Position numbers and translations under genes: made by a program. Source: Alphaproteobacteria bacterium (GTDB taxonomy: Bacteria > Pseudomonadota > Alphaproteobacteria > MPNO01 > UBA830). Taken from it: a stretch of DNA of 64,000 bases. The stretch is taken from contig OZ251539.1 of the NCBI GenBank assembly GCA_965243135.1, positions 5,696,001 to 5,760,000 of the forward strand, written 5' to 3'. Positions within the stretch are counted from its first letter, which is position 1. Every line of letters begins with the position of its first letter. The notes below the pieces were generated by a model that saw only the letters and a program-made list of their open reading frames with translations, searched no databases and was not told the DNA's origin. Below, one piece after another: positions 19,041 to 28,350 of the stretch.

Positions 19041-22000
19041 CAGAACCGTACCTTCAAGTTCATTTCTCCGCCGACTTCATAACTGTCCACCCGGTCCGTC
19101 GCAGCGTAGCTCAGCCCGCTCTGGAGCGTATACCGTCCGTCGCCCCAGACATGGATTCCCTTCAGGCCCAAGCGAAGCCAGGTAGCCTCCGCCTCCGACT
19201 TGAGATTCGTCCCGGACACGTTGACCGTCGTTTCGTCCCTGAGCTCGTGCTCCAAGTCTATCGAGCCGGACCAGCGACTGTCGGGATTCCCGTCCCAGCT
19301 CCCCTCGACGGTCACGCCCCCCCTGCCTTTCAGGCTTTGCCCGTCTGCAGAGATGCGCGGACCGTCTACAGACCCGTCTGCAGAGACGCGCTCTGTCACC
19401 TTGTCGGTGAAGCCCGGCCAAGACACCCTCGCATAGGTCAGCCCGAACCGGGGCACGACGACGACGCCGTCCTGGTCGGACCGGCGGCCGACTTCCACGC
19501 CCAACGCATGGCTGCGGCCCCTCGCTCCCTTCTTCAGGTCGCCGCGGAGCGAGGAACTGAGATCCGTCTCGTAAAACGTCGTTTCGCCCTGGACGTCCAC
19601 GTAGACGTCGTCCCGGCGCCAAGTGCCGGATATTCCCGCGCCGACGCCGAACAGATCGACTTTGCCGCCTTTCGAGATATCCGCCTGTCCGCGGCGATGG
19701 TGCACGGATACGCCGAAAAGGCCGTCGCGTATCGTCGTATCCAGCCCTCCCTGAAAGCCGCCGCTGTTGCGGTAGTATTCCAACTCCGACGTCGTCGAAG
19801 AAGCCGCTTTCCACTTGCCGTGAGAGCCGTACACGCGAGCCCATACGCCTTTCGCGTCCCGCGGCGCGGTCATTCGGTCGCGGAGATTCGTCAGTCTGGT
19901 CATCCCCAGCAGCACCGACGGCAGCGCCTCGTAAACCCGTGCGCGCGGCGCGAGTTCGCGAACCACCCTGACGCCGCCGCTCCCGTCCGTCTCCAAGCCT
20001 AGGTCATAAGCGCCGGACGGAGCCGACTCCGTGGTGCCGAGCCTGCCCAGCTTGATCGGCTCGGTCGAGCCGAAAGGTTGGTACCGTACGTCGACGCTCT
20101 CCTGTCCTTCGGCAGCCAGGATTCGGCCTTTCACCCGATCCACGGCTTCGCCCGACATTTCGTCGGGGCTTTCCTGGATCGTGATCTTGATATCGCCCCG
20201 TTCGCTCGAAACCGCGATAACGTCGTCTCCGCCTCCGGGGTTGATCCGGCCTTTCGGACCTACGGTAAACGCGCCGCCCTCGTCGATCATGACGCGGCCG
20301 ACCGCGCCGTTCACCGTCAACGCGCTCTCGCCTTCGCCTACCCGCGTGGCTACGCGCACGGCGCCCGTCACCGTTCCGCCTTCCGCCACCGTAACCCTGT
20401 GCTTCCCGGTCCCCAGAGCGAGCACGTCGCCCGTAAGCATGCCGGCCAGGTTGGCGGTCAGGTCTTCGGCGTCGCTGCGGACTGCCTCGCCCTCGATTCC
20501 GGTGATCGAGCCGGTACCGCTGACCGTCACCGTGCCGCCTTTTTCCAGCCACACGCGCCCGGCCGTGCCAGCGACCGTCACCTCGCTTGCGGCAAGCTGG
20601 ATGGTTCCTCCCACCGTCCCGCCATCGTGCACCGTGACGGTGTGGTCGCCCGAGCCATCGCCGAGGATATCGCCCGTGACCATGCCCGTCACCGACGCGG
20701 TCAGATCTCCGAGCGCGTGGATGTTGCCCTCCACCGTTCCGGCCACCGTCGCGTCGAGGGCGCGCGAGCCGCTGGAGAATATTGCCGTGGGCTTCGAGGA
20801 GATTACCCTGCCGGTCCGGCCAACCGTCACCGTGCCGCCGTCAGACAAGATTACTCCGCTGTTGCCGCCGGTCACGTCGCCATCGACTCTGACGATGCCG
20901 GTCGGCACGTTTCCATTCGCGTCAGCGCTGGTGGACACTTGGATGCCGGCAAGGCCGCCCGAGACGCTGGCGCCTTCGCCGACGGTTATCGAGACGGTGC
21001 CCGCGCCGCTGAAATCCGCCAGCACGCCAAGGCTGCCGGATCCCGCCGCCCTGACCTCGCCGTCAGCGATGTTGATGGAGCCGCTGCCGGCCGTGGAGCG
21101 ATAGAGATGGACGCCGTGGCCATAGTCGCCCGCTGTCGTAGCTTCGCCGCCGGTCATGCGGAAGGCGAGGCTGCCGGCGCCGTTCTGCTGGACGAAAACG
21201 GCGTTGGCTCTTTCGCCTTCCGTCTTGACGGAACCGGACAGTTCGACCGCCAGATCGCCGCTGCCGTCGTTGATCGCGTGGATGCCGTGAGCGTCGGCCC
21301 CTTTCGTGGTGACGGAGCCTCCGTCCACGGTCACTGCGACATTGCCCTTGGCACCGCGATGTTCGGCGAAGACGCCGTGAGCTTCTTCGCCTGCGGTCGC
21401 GGCGGCGACGCCCGTCAAGCGGACGGCGACGCTGCCTTCGTTTTCGTGCCGGGCCTGGACGGCGTAGGCGCCGCCAATCCCCGTCGTGTCGATGGAACCG
21501 CCCGTGACGGCGATGTCGATGTCGCCGACGCCGGTGCCATCGACCAATTCGTTAACGAAGCAGTCGTCGTTGTGGCCGGTGCAGCCGGGTTTCCGCGACC
21601 GGATGATCGTCTGCTGGATCAGACCGTAGACGCCGCGGGCGTGGTTGCCGGTGGTTGCGATGGCGGCATCCGTGACGGCGATGGCGATGTTGCCGGTGCC
21701 GATGTCGTTGGGGTCGACGGTCCCGTCGTTGTCGTCGGCCCCGCTGTCGCCCCGGTGCCGCGCCCAGATGCCGTGGGAGTCCTCGCCCTCAGTGGCGATG
21801 TCGCCGCCCGTCACGACGATGGAGATGCCGCCTCCGCCTGGCGTGACGACGGTTTCGCCTTCGCTGGCTCCTTCGCCTACACAATCGTCGGGGTCCGCCT
21901 CAGTACACACAGTCTCCGTTCGGGTCCTGCCGGTATGGGTGGCGTAGATGCCCTGGGCGTCGTCGCCCCAGGTCCGGATGTTGTTGTCGGTGGCGCGGAC

Positions 22001-23596
22001 GCGAATGTCGCCATGGCCCTCATGGCTGGCGTAGATGCCCCGGGCTTGGAAGCCGGTGGCTTGGGAGCCGCTGGGAGCGCCGTCAATCCTTTCCACGTAA
22101 CAGGCGCGGCGATCATCCGCCGTCTCGAGGGCCTGGCAGTAGGCGACATCCTCCGACAGGCTCTCGTCCAATGCCCGGAAGTAACGGCCGTTCCAGATAA
22201 CGATCTGGGGATCCGCGAAAAACTCGCGCGAGTCGGGATCCTCGGGGTCGTGATTCGGATTCCTGACGGGAAGATAGGCGAGGGTATAGGGGCGGAAGTC
22301 AGCAGTGAGGCCTTTATTCAGTCGAATAAACTGCGCAATGTTGACGAACTCGGGCGAGTCCGGGTCCGTAGGATCGTAATCCGAATTGCGAGTAAAGGGC
22401 TTGTCGGGGTCGAAGACAAGGTCGCGGACAAGGTCGCGCCGCGGGGTGCCGACCGCGCCTATGGGCACGATGCCCCCGGTGGCGATGTCGTAGCCTTCCA
22501 CCGTGACGGCGATATGCCCATATGCGGCGGCGCGGGTGTATTCGGCCCGGACCGCGTCGGCTTGGTCGCCGCGGGTTCCGACCAGCGGGCGGACGCGCTG
22601 TTCGCGGTCGCGGTCGGTCTCGATGAGGTTGACGACCACCGCGCCCCTTGCCCGCGTGATGGCGCCGCTGCCCTGCCTGACTACGCCATCCTCCTCGGTC
22701 CTGATGGTGTAGGAGTTGTCCGTGTTATCCCATGTGACGCAGTTGGTGGGGGCGACCCAGTCGCCGTGCTCGTCCCTGCATCTGAGGCTGGGGCTGAGCC
22801 AGTTGCCGTCCTCGTCCCTGTAGACGTAGCTGCCTTCCTGCCAGCCATAGACTCCGTAAGCATCGTTGCCGGTGGTTCGAACCGAGAGGTTGCGGACGTC
22901 GATGCCGACCCGGCCCTCCCCGGTGTGCTTGGCGTGGATGCCGTAGGAAGCCTCGCCCGTCTCATAATAGGCCGTGTTGCCCGTAGTGAAGATGCCACGG
23001 GCGTAATCCAGCGGGAACGGATACGAGAAGACGTTGGCGGCGCTGCCGAATTGCTCGGAGACGGAATGGGCGTAGATCTCCAGATTGCCGCTGCCCTCGT
23101 ACAGGGCTTCGATGGCGGGGAGGAAGTCGCCGGCAACGATGAGTGCGGGGTTGAGGACGACGAGGGCGCGGCCCTTCGTTTCCGCGCGCCCGTAACGGCA
23201 ATAGATGTCCTGGGTGAGATCGCGCACGACTTGGCCGCCGACCGCCCGATACAGGGCGCGGAATTTCTCGGGGTCGCGGACGAGCTCCCCGCCAGTAATG
23301 TAATCGTTGTCGTCGACTTGGATGACGCGGTTGCCATCCTCGTTCTCGACGCTGCCGCCCTCTATGATTGATATTGTGGGTGCTACGCTTGGGCAAGTAA
23401 ACCGCACTTGCGCCTCCGCCTCTCCGGCGCCGAAGGCGATCGCGCCGAGCAGCAGCCCTCCGACGACCGTCATTGCAGGGCGCTTCGCGCATCCTCTCCG
23501 AAGGAACCGCAGTCCGCGGCGGAAATCATCGTACATCGACCAAGCTCCCAAGCTGTTTTGACTGAAACCGAACATCACAGACAAAGACGACGCCAT
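19040..23596 (-). CDS. Autotransporter (type Va) adhesin-like protein; start uncertain (23596, 23536 or 23473)
   Basis: Signal peptide ..AGEAEA|QV, G/T-rich beta-helix repeats (T.G..A.GI.A.H.G.G), APRARVYEALPSVL linker, beta-barrel ending LKVRF. Confidence 0.9.
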   Translation of the reverse strand: MASSLSVMFGFSQNSLGAWSMYDDFRRGLRFLRRGCAKRPAMTVVGGLLLGAIAFGAGEAEAQVRFTCPSVAPTISIIEGGSVENEDGNRVIQVDDNDYITGGELVRDPEKFRALYRAVGGQVVRDLTQDIYCRYGRAETKGRALVVLNPALIVAGDFLPAIEALYEGSGNLEIYAHSVSEQFGSAANVFSYPFPLDYARGIFTTGNTAYYETGEASYGIHAKHTGEGRVGIDVRNLSVRTTGNDAYGVYGWQEGSYVYRDEDGNWLSPSLRCRDEHGDWVAPTNCVTWDNTDNSYTIRTEEDGVVRQGSGAITRARGAVVVNLIETDRDREQRVRPLVGTRGDQADAVRAEYTRAAAYGHIAVTVEGYDIATGGIVPIGAVGTPRRDLVRDLVFDPDKPFTRNSDYDPTDPDSPEFVNIAQFIRLNKGLTADFRPYTLAYLPVRNPNHDPEDPDSREFFADPQIVIWNGRYFRALDESLSEDVAYCQALETADDRRACYVERIDGAPSGSQATGFQARGIYASHEGHGDIRVRATDNNIRTWGDDAQGIYATHTGRTRTETVCTEADPDDCVGEGASEGETVVTPGGGGISIVVTGGDIATEGEDSHGIWARHRGDSGADDNDGTVDPNDIGTGNIAIAVTDAAIATTGNHARGVYGLIQQTIIRSRKPGCTGHNDDCFVNELVDGTGVGDIDIAVTGGSIDTTGIGGAYAVQARHENEGSVAVRLTGVAAATAGEEAHGVFAEHRGAKGNVAVTVDGGSVTTKGADAHGIHAINDGSGDLAVELSGSVKTEGERANAVFVQQNGAGSLAFRMTGGEATTAGDYGHGVHLYRSTAGSGSINIADGEVRAAGSGSLGVLADFSGAGTVSITVGEGASVSGGLAGIQVSTSADANGNVPTGIVRVDGDVTGGNSGVILSDGGTVTVGRTGRVISSKPTAIFSSGSRALDATVAGTVEGNIHALGDLTASVTGMVTGDILGDGSGDHTVTVHDGGTVGGTIQLAASEVTVAGTAGRVWLEKGGTVTVSGTGSITGIEGEAVRSDAEDLTANLAGMLTGDVLALGTGKHRVTVAEGGTVTGAVRVATRVGEGESALTVNGAVGRVMIDEGGAFTVGPKGRINPGGGDDVIAVSSERGDIKITIQESPDEMSGEAVDRVKGRILAAEGQESVDVRYQPFGSTEPIKLGRLGTTESAPSGAYDLGLETDGSGGVRVVRELAPRARVYEALPSVLLGMTRLTNLRDRMTAPRDAKGVWARVYGSHGKWKAASSTTSELEYYRNSGGFQGGLDTTIRDGLFGVSVHHRRGQADISKGGKVDLFGVGAGISGTWRRDDVYVDVQGETTFYETDLSSSLRGDLKKGARGRSHALGVEVGRRSDQDGVVVVPRFGLTYARVSWPGFTDKVTERVSADGSVDGPRISADGQSLKGRGGVTVEGSWDGNPDSRWSGSIDLEHELRDETTVNVSGTNLKSEAEATWLRLGLKGIHVWGDGRYTLQSGLSYAATDRVDSYEVGGEMNLKVRF

Positions 23597-23602
23597 TTTA
23601 CT

Positions 23603-23614
23603 CCCCCCCCCCCC
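23603..23614 (-). repeat. G12 homopolymer at the autotransporter RBS/5' end
   Basis: Coding strand reads AGA-G12-AGTAAA-ATG. Confidence 0.8.
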
Positions 23615-23624
23615 TCTTTGCAAC

Positions 23625-23840
23625 CGGAGGTTTCTCGCGCCGGCGATTCGCGCCAGCGAGGCCGACGTTCGAAGAAGGCGCGCCGGGGAGGCGCCGTTGG
23701 ATGGACAGGCCGCTTCGACGCGAGCGAAGCGCCTCATCCAAGAGCGAATAGTACCGAATCGTCCGGAAAAGTCCACGAAAAATTTTTTCGAACTCCCGGT
23801 TTTCCGTAGGTTTCGGGTCTCGGCGGGAATCGCCGTTCCG
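23625..23840 (-). repeat. Autotransporter upstream region, homologous to 17446-17625
   Basis: See partner repeat; both translate to ..AIPA..KFFVDFSG..AACP..LA.IA. Confidence 0.65.
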
Positions 23841-23883
23841 GCGCGTCTCCTCGCATGGCTTCGACGCGTCGGCCTTCCGCGAA

Positions 23884-25275
23884 CTACGGCAGAAAATCGT
23901 CGAGATCCACCTTGTCGAAATTCCGCGGCATCGCGCGCCGAAAGCGCTCGCGCTCTTCGGCGGCGGCCGGCATGGTCGCGTCGATCATCCACTTCGTTCC
24001 GACGCGGTGGAAGCTGTTCTGGCCCGGCGCAACCGGAGAGACGTTGTCGAGCGCGAACACGCGGGTATGCGGGATGGTCACGATATCGCGCTCGGCGTGC
24101 ACGCGCGTCGTCATCGACCACATGACCTGACGCAGATCGCCGGCGTCCACGTCCGCGTCCACGGCGATCGCGAGTTTCGGGTGAAGGTACGGGCCCGAAA
24201 GCGCCGCCATCAGCGCCGTCTTGGCCTGGCCTTCGACGCGCGGACGAAGCTTTATCACCAGCATCATCATGCCCGCCGACGGATGGCAGCGCACGTCCAT
24301 CAGGTCGAGCCCGCCCTCGACGTTGCGGAGATGGTCCCTCGTCGCGGCCTCCACCCCGAGCGCCATCGTGCCCTGCGTGTCGGTCGTCGGATATCCGCAA
24401 TGCACGGCGTAGAAGACGGGGTCCTTGCGGCGCGTCATGCAACGAACCCGAAAGACGTGCGAATGGGTCGCCTCCGCGTAGGTGCCCGGAATTTCCCCGA
24501 AGGGGCCTTCCGGCACCTGCCTGTCGCGCAGCACCTCGCCCTCGAGCACGAGCTCCGCCTCGGCCGGAACCTCGAGATCCAGCGTCTTGCAACGAACCAT
24601 CCGCACGCCTTCCCCGATCAGCGCGCCGGCGACCTCAAGTTCGTCCTGTTCGAAGCCGGTCGTGAAGCCCGCGCCGAAGAACAGGGCCGGATGCCCGCCG
24701 TAGACCATGGCGACCGGCATGTCCCGGCCCTGCGCGGCGTACGCGTCGTAGATGCGCTTCGCCTGGCGCGGCACCATGATGAAGCCGGTTTCGCGTTCGT
24801 TCAGCACCATCTGGCGGTGAACCGACACGTTGCGGACTCCGGTCTCGGGATCCCTGACGATCGCCATGCCCGACGCGAAGTAGCGGCCGCCGTCCCGCTC
24901 GGAGGTCATCATCGACGGCACTTCGAGAATGTTCACGTCCGCGCCTTCCGCCACGACCTCCTGGACGGGCGCCTCGGCGGCGTCGACCGTGGGAACGGTC
25001 CGTCCGAGGCGGGCCGCGACTTCGTCGAGGATCCCGTCTTCCTCGATGCCGAGGCCGATGGCCCATTTGCGGCGGTCGGCGAGAATCTGGCTGACCGCCC
25101 GCCACCCCTCGTGACCCTTGATGCTGGTGAACAGGCTGGCCTTGCCGGCCTCGTTGAACGCCTTCCATTCGACGGCCGCCATGTTCTCCAGAGGATCCAC
25201 TTCCGTGGCGAAACGGATCAGTTCCCCCTGCTGCTCGAGATTGGCGAGAAAGGTGCGAAGGGACTGGTCGACCAT
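23884..25275 (-). CDS. UbiD-family (prFMN-dependent) decarboxylase
   Basis: DGGRYF, NVSVHR, VPAEAELVLEG, EGPFGEIPGTY, VDADVD, KWMIDAT. Confidence 0.92.
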   Translation of the reverse strand: MVDQSLRTFLANLEQQGELIRFATEVDPLENMAAVEWKAFNEAGKASLFTSIKGHEGWRAVSQILADRRKWAIGLGIEEDGILDEVAARLGRTVPTVDAAEAPVQEVVAEGADVNILEVPSMMTSERDGGRYFASGMAIVRDPETGVRNVSVHRQMVLNERETGFIMVPRQAKRIYDAYAAQGRDMPVAMVYGGHPALFFGAGFTTGFEQDELEVAGALIGEGVRMVRCKTLDLEVPAEAELVLEGEVLRDRQVPEGPFGEIPGTYAEATHSHVFRVRCMTRRKDPVFYAVHCGYPTTDTQGTMALGVEAATRDHLRNVEGGLDLMDVRCHPSAGMMMLVIKLRPRVEGQAKTALMAALSGPYLHPKLAIAVDADVDAGDLRQVMWSMTTRVHAERDIVTIPHTRVFALDNVSPVAPGQNSFHRVGTKWMIDATMPAAAEERERFRRAMPRNFDKVDLDDFLP

Positions 25276-25287
25276 GCCCGGTTTCCT

Positions 25288-26373
25288 TTACGATGTTGCG
25301 CCGGCCGCCGGGCCGGACGATTCGGCGAGCGCGGCGTAGCGGCGGCGGTGCATTCCGGCGTTGCCGTAGCGCGCCGACAGGGTCATCGCCCGCTTCAGGC
25401 AGAGGCCGATGTCGTGTTCGTCCGTGAACCCGACGCCGCCGTGCATCTGGATCGCGGACTTGCAGACCGCGAGCGCGGCGTCGGCGGCGTAAGCCAGCGC
25501 GGCCGACGGCAGCGCCGGCGCGCCTCCGCCGGAATCCATGGCCCGCGCCGCCTGGTAGACCAGCGACCGGCACATTTCGACGGCGGCGTGATTGTCCACC
25601 GCCCGATGCTGCAACGCCTGGAAGGATCCGATCGGGCGGCCGAACTGTTCGCGAGTCTTCAGATATTCGATCGTCGTTTCCTGGGCGGCCTCCGCCACGC
25701 CGAGAAGTTCCGCCGCGGTGGCCAGATGGAGCGCGTCGAGCAGCGAGGCGACGGCCGCCGCGGCCTCGTTCGGGCCCGCCGCGAGACGCGCCTCGACGCC
25801 CGCAAACGATACGGTTCCGGTCGTCGTCCCGTCGGCCGCCCGCGACCATCGGACGTCCCCCGGCGGCGCGTGGACGAGAACCGTGCCGTCCGCGGCCGCT
25901 GCCGAAACCAGATACCCGTCCGCCCGGCCCGCGACGCCGGTCTTGGTCCCGTGCAGCGAGACGGCGCCGTTCCGCATCTTCGCGGCCGCCGCCGGCGGTT
26001 CGTCGCCGATCGCTCGGGGGCCCTCCGCCAGGGCCGGGAGGACGACCATGCGGCCCGCGACGACGGCCGAAGCCGTCTCCCGGTCTCCGCGCGCCAGCGC
26101 GCGCGCCGCCGCGGCGGCGGCGGCGATCGGTTCCGGGACGAGATTCCTGCCGAGTTGCTGGGAGACGAGGCACAGTTCCGTCAGCCCGAGGCCAAGTCCG
26201 CCGGCGGCTTCCGGCGCGAGAGCGGCGAGCCAGCCGGCCGCGGCGGCCTCCGACCAGATGCCGCGGTCGACGTCCCCCTCCGCCGGCCGGCGCAGCCGGT
26301 TCGCGTGCCGCGAGGCGAACGCCGCGGCGCTCTCGCGGAACATTTCCTGTTCTTCGGCGAGGACGAGGTCCAT
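25288..26373 (-). CDS. Acyl-CoA dehydrogenase family protein (short, heteromer-subunit-like)
   Basis: MDLVLAEEQEMFRES, YLKTREQFGRPIGSFQALQHR, IQMHGGVGFTDEHD. Confidence 0.88.
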   Translation of the reverse strand: MDLVLAEEQEMFRESAAAFASRHANRLRRPAEGDVDRGIWSEAAAAGWLAALAPEAAGGLGLGLTELCLVSQQLGRNLVPEPIAAAAAAARALARGDRETASAVVAGRMVVLPALAEGPRAIGDEPPAAAAKMRNGAVSLHGTKTGVAGRADGYLVSAAAADGTVLVHAPPGDVRWSRAADGTTTGTVSFAGVEARLAAGPNEAAAAVASLLDALHLATAAELLGVAEAAQETTIEYLKTREQFGRPIGSFQALQHRAVDNHAAVEMCRSLVYQAARAMDSGGGAPALPSAALAYAADAALAVCKSAIQMHGGVGFTDEHDIGLCLKRAMTLSARYGNAGMHRRRYAALAESSGPAAGATS

Positions 26374-27908
26374 CACGCGGTTCCCGCGCCGCCGCCGGCG
26401 AGGCGGCGGCGGAGTTCGGCCTTGACGACCTTGCCGGTGCTGTTGCGCGGGAGGGCCTCGACCGGCAGCACGAGCCTCGGTTTCTTGTAGCTCGCGATCA
26501 GGCCGCGGCAGTGATCGACCAGATCCTCGTCCGACGCCTCCGTCCCCTCTTCGAAAATGACGAAGGCCGCGACGCGTTCGCCGAATTCCGGGTCGGGCGC
26601 GGGCACGACCGCCGCCTCCCTCACCGCCGGATGCGCCTCCAGGGCGTCCTCGACCTCGCGGGCGTAAATGTTGAGCCCGCCCGAGACGATCATGTCCCGG
26701 GCCCGGCCGACGAAATAAAGGTAACCGTCTTCGTCCAGCCGCCCGATGTCGCCGGTCGCGAGCCAGTCGCCGTGGAACGCCGCCCGCGTTTCTTCCGGCC
26801 TGCGCCAGTATCCCGTCATCGCGGCGACGCCGCGGGGGCCGCAGCGCATCAATATCTCGCCGGCCTCCCCCGCCGGCAGGTCTCTGCGGTCCGCGTCGAC
26901 GATCCGCAACTCGACGCCGGGAACGGGCCTGCCGCAGGACGCCGGACGGGCTTCCTGCTCGTCGGGGCGGAGGCAAGCGATGAATCCCGCTTCGGTCTGG
27001 GCGTAGAAGCTGTAAAGGCCGAGGCCGGGGAGGGCCTTCGCGAGGCGCTTCTTGAGGTCGACCGGAAACGTCTCGCCCGTCGCCAACATGGCGCGCAGGG
27101 TCCGGCACGCGCGGGGGCGCTTCTCGAACTCGTCCATCAGCATGCGGGCGATGGTGGGCACGAGGCCGATGACGGTGATTCCTTCGCGTTCGATCGTGTC
27201 GACGCAGGCCGCCGGGTCGAAGCGCGGCATCACGACGACGGTGCAGCCGACCGACACCGCGTTGGCGATCCGGCCGAGCCCCGTGCGGTGAGCCAGCGGC
27301 GTCGTGGCGAGAATCCTGTCGTCCGGGCGCAGCCCGAATTCCCGCGCGTTGATGAAGCCGCTGAGGAGAACGATGCCGAGATTGGTCGCGACGGCGCCCT
27401 TGGGCCGGCCCGTGGTGCCGGAGGTGTATCCGATCAGGAGATCGTCGGGTTCGCCCGGCAACGGCGGCGGCGCGTCGTCGCCCGCGAGAAGGGTCTCGTA
27501 GGCGGTCTCGCCGGATTCCGCGCCGCCGACCGCGATCAGCAAGGGGTCCGCCAGTTCAGAAGCGGCGTCGCGAACGGCGTCGCGGAAATCCGGCGCGAAC
27601 AGGATGGCCCAGGGTTCGCAGTCGCGCAGGATGTATCGCGCTTCCGCAGGGGCGAGCCGGGTCGCGATCGGCACGATGACGCCGCCGGACTTCGCCGCGC
27701 CGAGCATGGCTTCCGCAAGTTCGGCGCTGTTGGGGAGATACATCGCGAGCCTGTCGCCGGGTTTCTGGCCCAGCGCCGCGAAGGCGCCGGCCAGCCGGCC
27801 GGCCGCGCGGTCGAGCTCGCCGAAGGAGATGCGCCGCTCGCCGCACACGACCGCTTCCCGATCCGGGAACCGCAGCGCGCTGCCGGCGAGCATCGCGCCG
27901 AGTTTCAC
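26373..27908 (-). CDS. Acyl-CoA synthetase / AMP-binding ligase
   Basis: YTSGTTGRPKG, YAQTE, TGDIGRLDEDG, RDMIVSGGLNIY, LPRNSTGKV; GTG start overlaps the upstream stop. Confidence 0.9.
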   Translation of the reverse strand: MKLGAMLAGSALRFPDREAVVCGERRISFGELDRAAGRLAGAFAALGQKPGDRLAMYLPNSAELAEAMLGAAKSGGVIVPIATRLAPAEARYILRDCEPWAILFAPDFRDAVRDAASELADPLLIAVGGAESGETAYETLLAGDDAPPPLPGEPDDLLIGYTSGTTGRPKGAVATNLGIVLLSGFINAREFGLRPDDRILATTPLAHRTGLGRIANAVSVGCTVVVMPRFDPAACVDTIEREGITVIGLVPTIARMLMDEFEKRPRACRTLRAMLATGETFPVDLKKRLAKALPGLGLYSFYAQTEAGFIACLRPDEQEARPASCGRPVPGVELRIVDADRRDLPAGEAGEILMRCGPRGVAAMTGYWRRPEETRAAFHGDWLATGDIGRLDEDGYLYFVGRARDMIVSGGLNIYAREVEDALEAHPAVREAAVVPAPDPEFGERVAAFVIFEEGTEASDEDLVDHCRGLIASYKKPRLVLPVEALPRNSTGKVVKAELRRRLAGGGAGTA

Positions 27909-28336
27909 CGGGAGCCGCCGCCTTCTTTCTCCGGTTTCTCCGGAACGAACGCGAAATAGGCTCCGTCTTCGCCGATCTTCTCCCAGACCACTTTCACCCG
28001 CATGCCGATCTCGGCGTCGTCGGGTGCGACGTCCTTGAGGTTCGCGATGATGCGCACGCCTTCGTCGAGTTCGATCAGGCCGACGACGTAGGGGGCCTTC
28101 CCGTCGAACCCCGCGGTCGGCACGTGGGTCACCGTGTACGAATAGAGCGTTCCCTTGCCGGAGGCGCGCCGCCACCGGAGATTGCGCTTGCCGCTGCGGA
28201 CGCTGTTGGCGCGGGGCCAGAACTGGTGCTTTCGCGTCGCAGGGTCGTACTGCAGCATCAATTCGCCTTCCTTCGCGCCGTCCCAGAACGGCTGCGTGGT
28301 CGGGGTCGGTTTCGGCGTCGGCCGCCGGTCGGCCAT
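27905..28336 (-). CDS. DUF35/ChsH2-like OB-fold protein lacking the zinc-ribbon cysteines
   Basis: PFWDGAKEGELMLQ..WPR..SGKGTLYSYTVTH..PYVVGLIELDEGVR..IGMRVKV; GGAGG RBS. Confidence 0.85.
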   Translation of the reverse strand: MADRRPTPKPTPTTQPFWDGAKEGELMLQYDPATRKHQFWPRANSVRSGKRNLRWRRASGKGTLYSYTVTHVPTAGFDGKAPYVVGLIELDEGVRIIANLKDVAPDDAEIGMRVKVVWEKIGEDGAYFAFVPEKPEKEGGGSR

Positions 28337-28350
28337 GTCCGTTCCTCCGT

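Noticed and set aside
23738-24592. 1850-aa version of the autotransporter
   Set aside because: The extension is an alternative frame over the ubiD-family gene and intergenic DNA; the signal peptide lies near 23473-23410.
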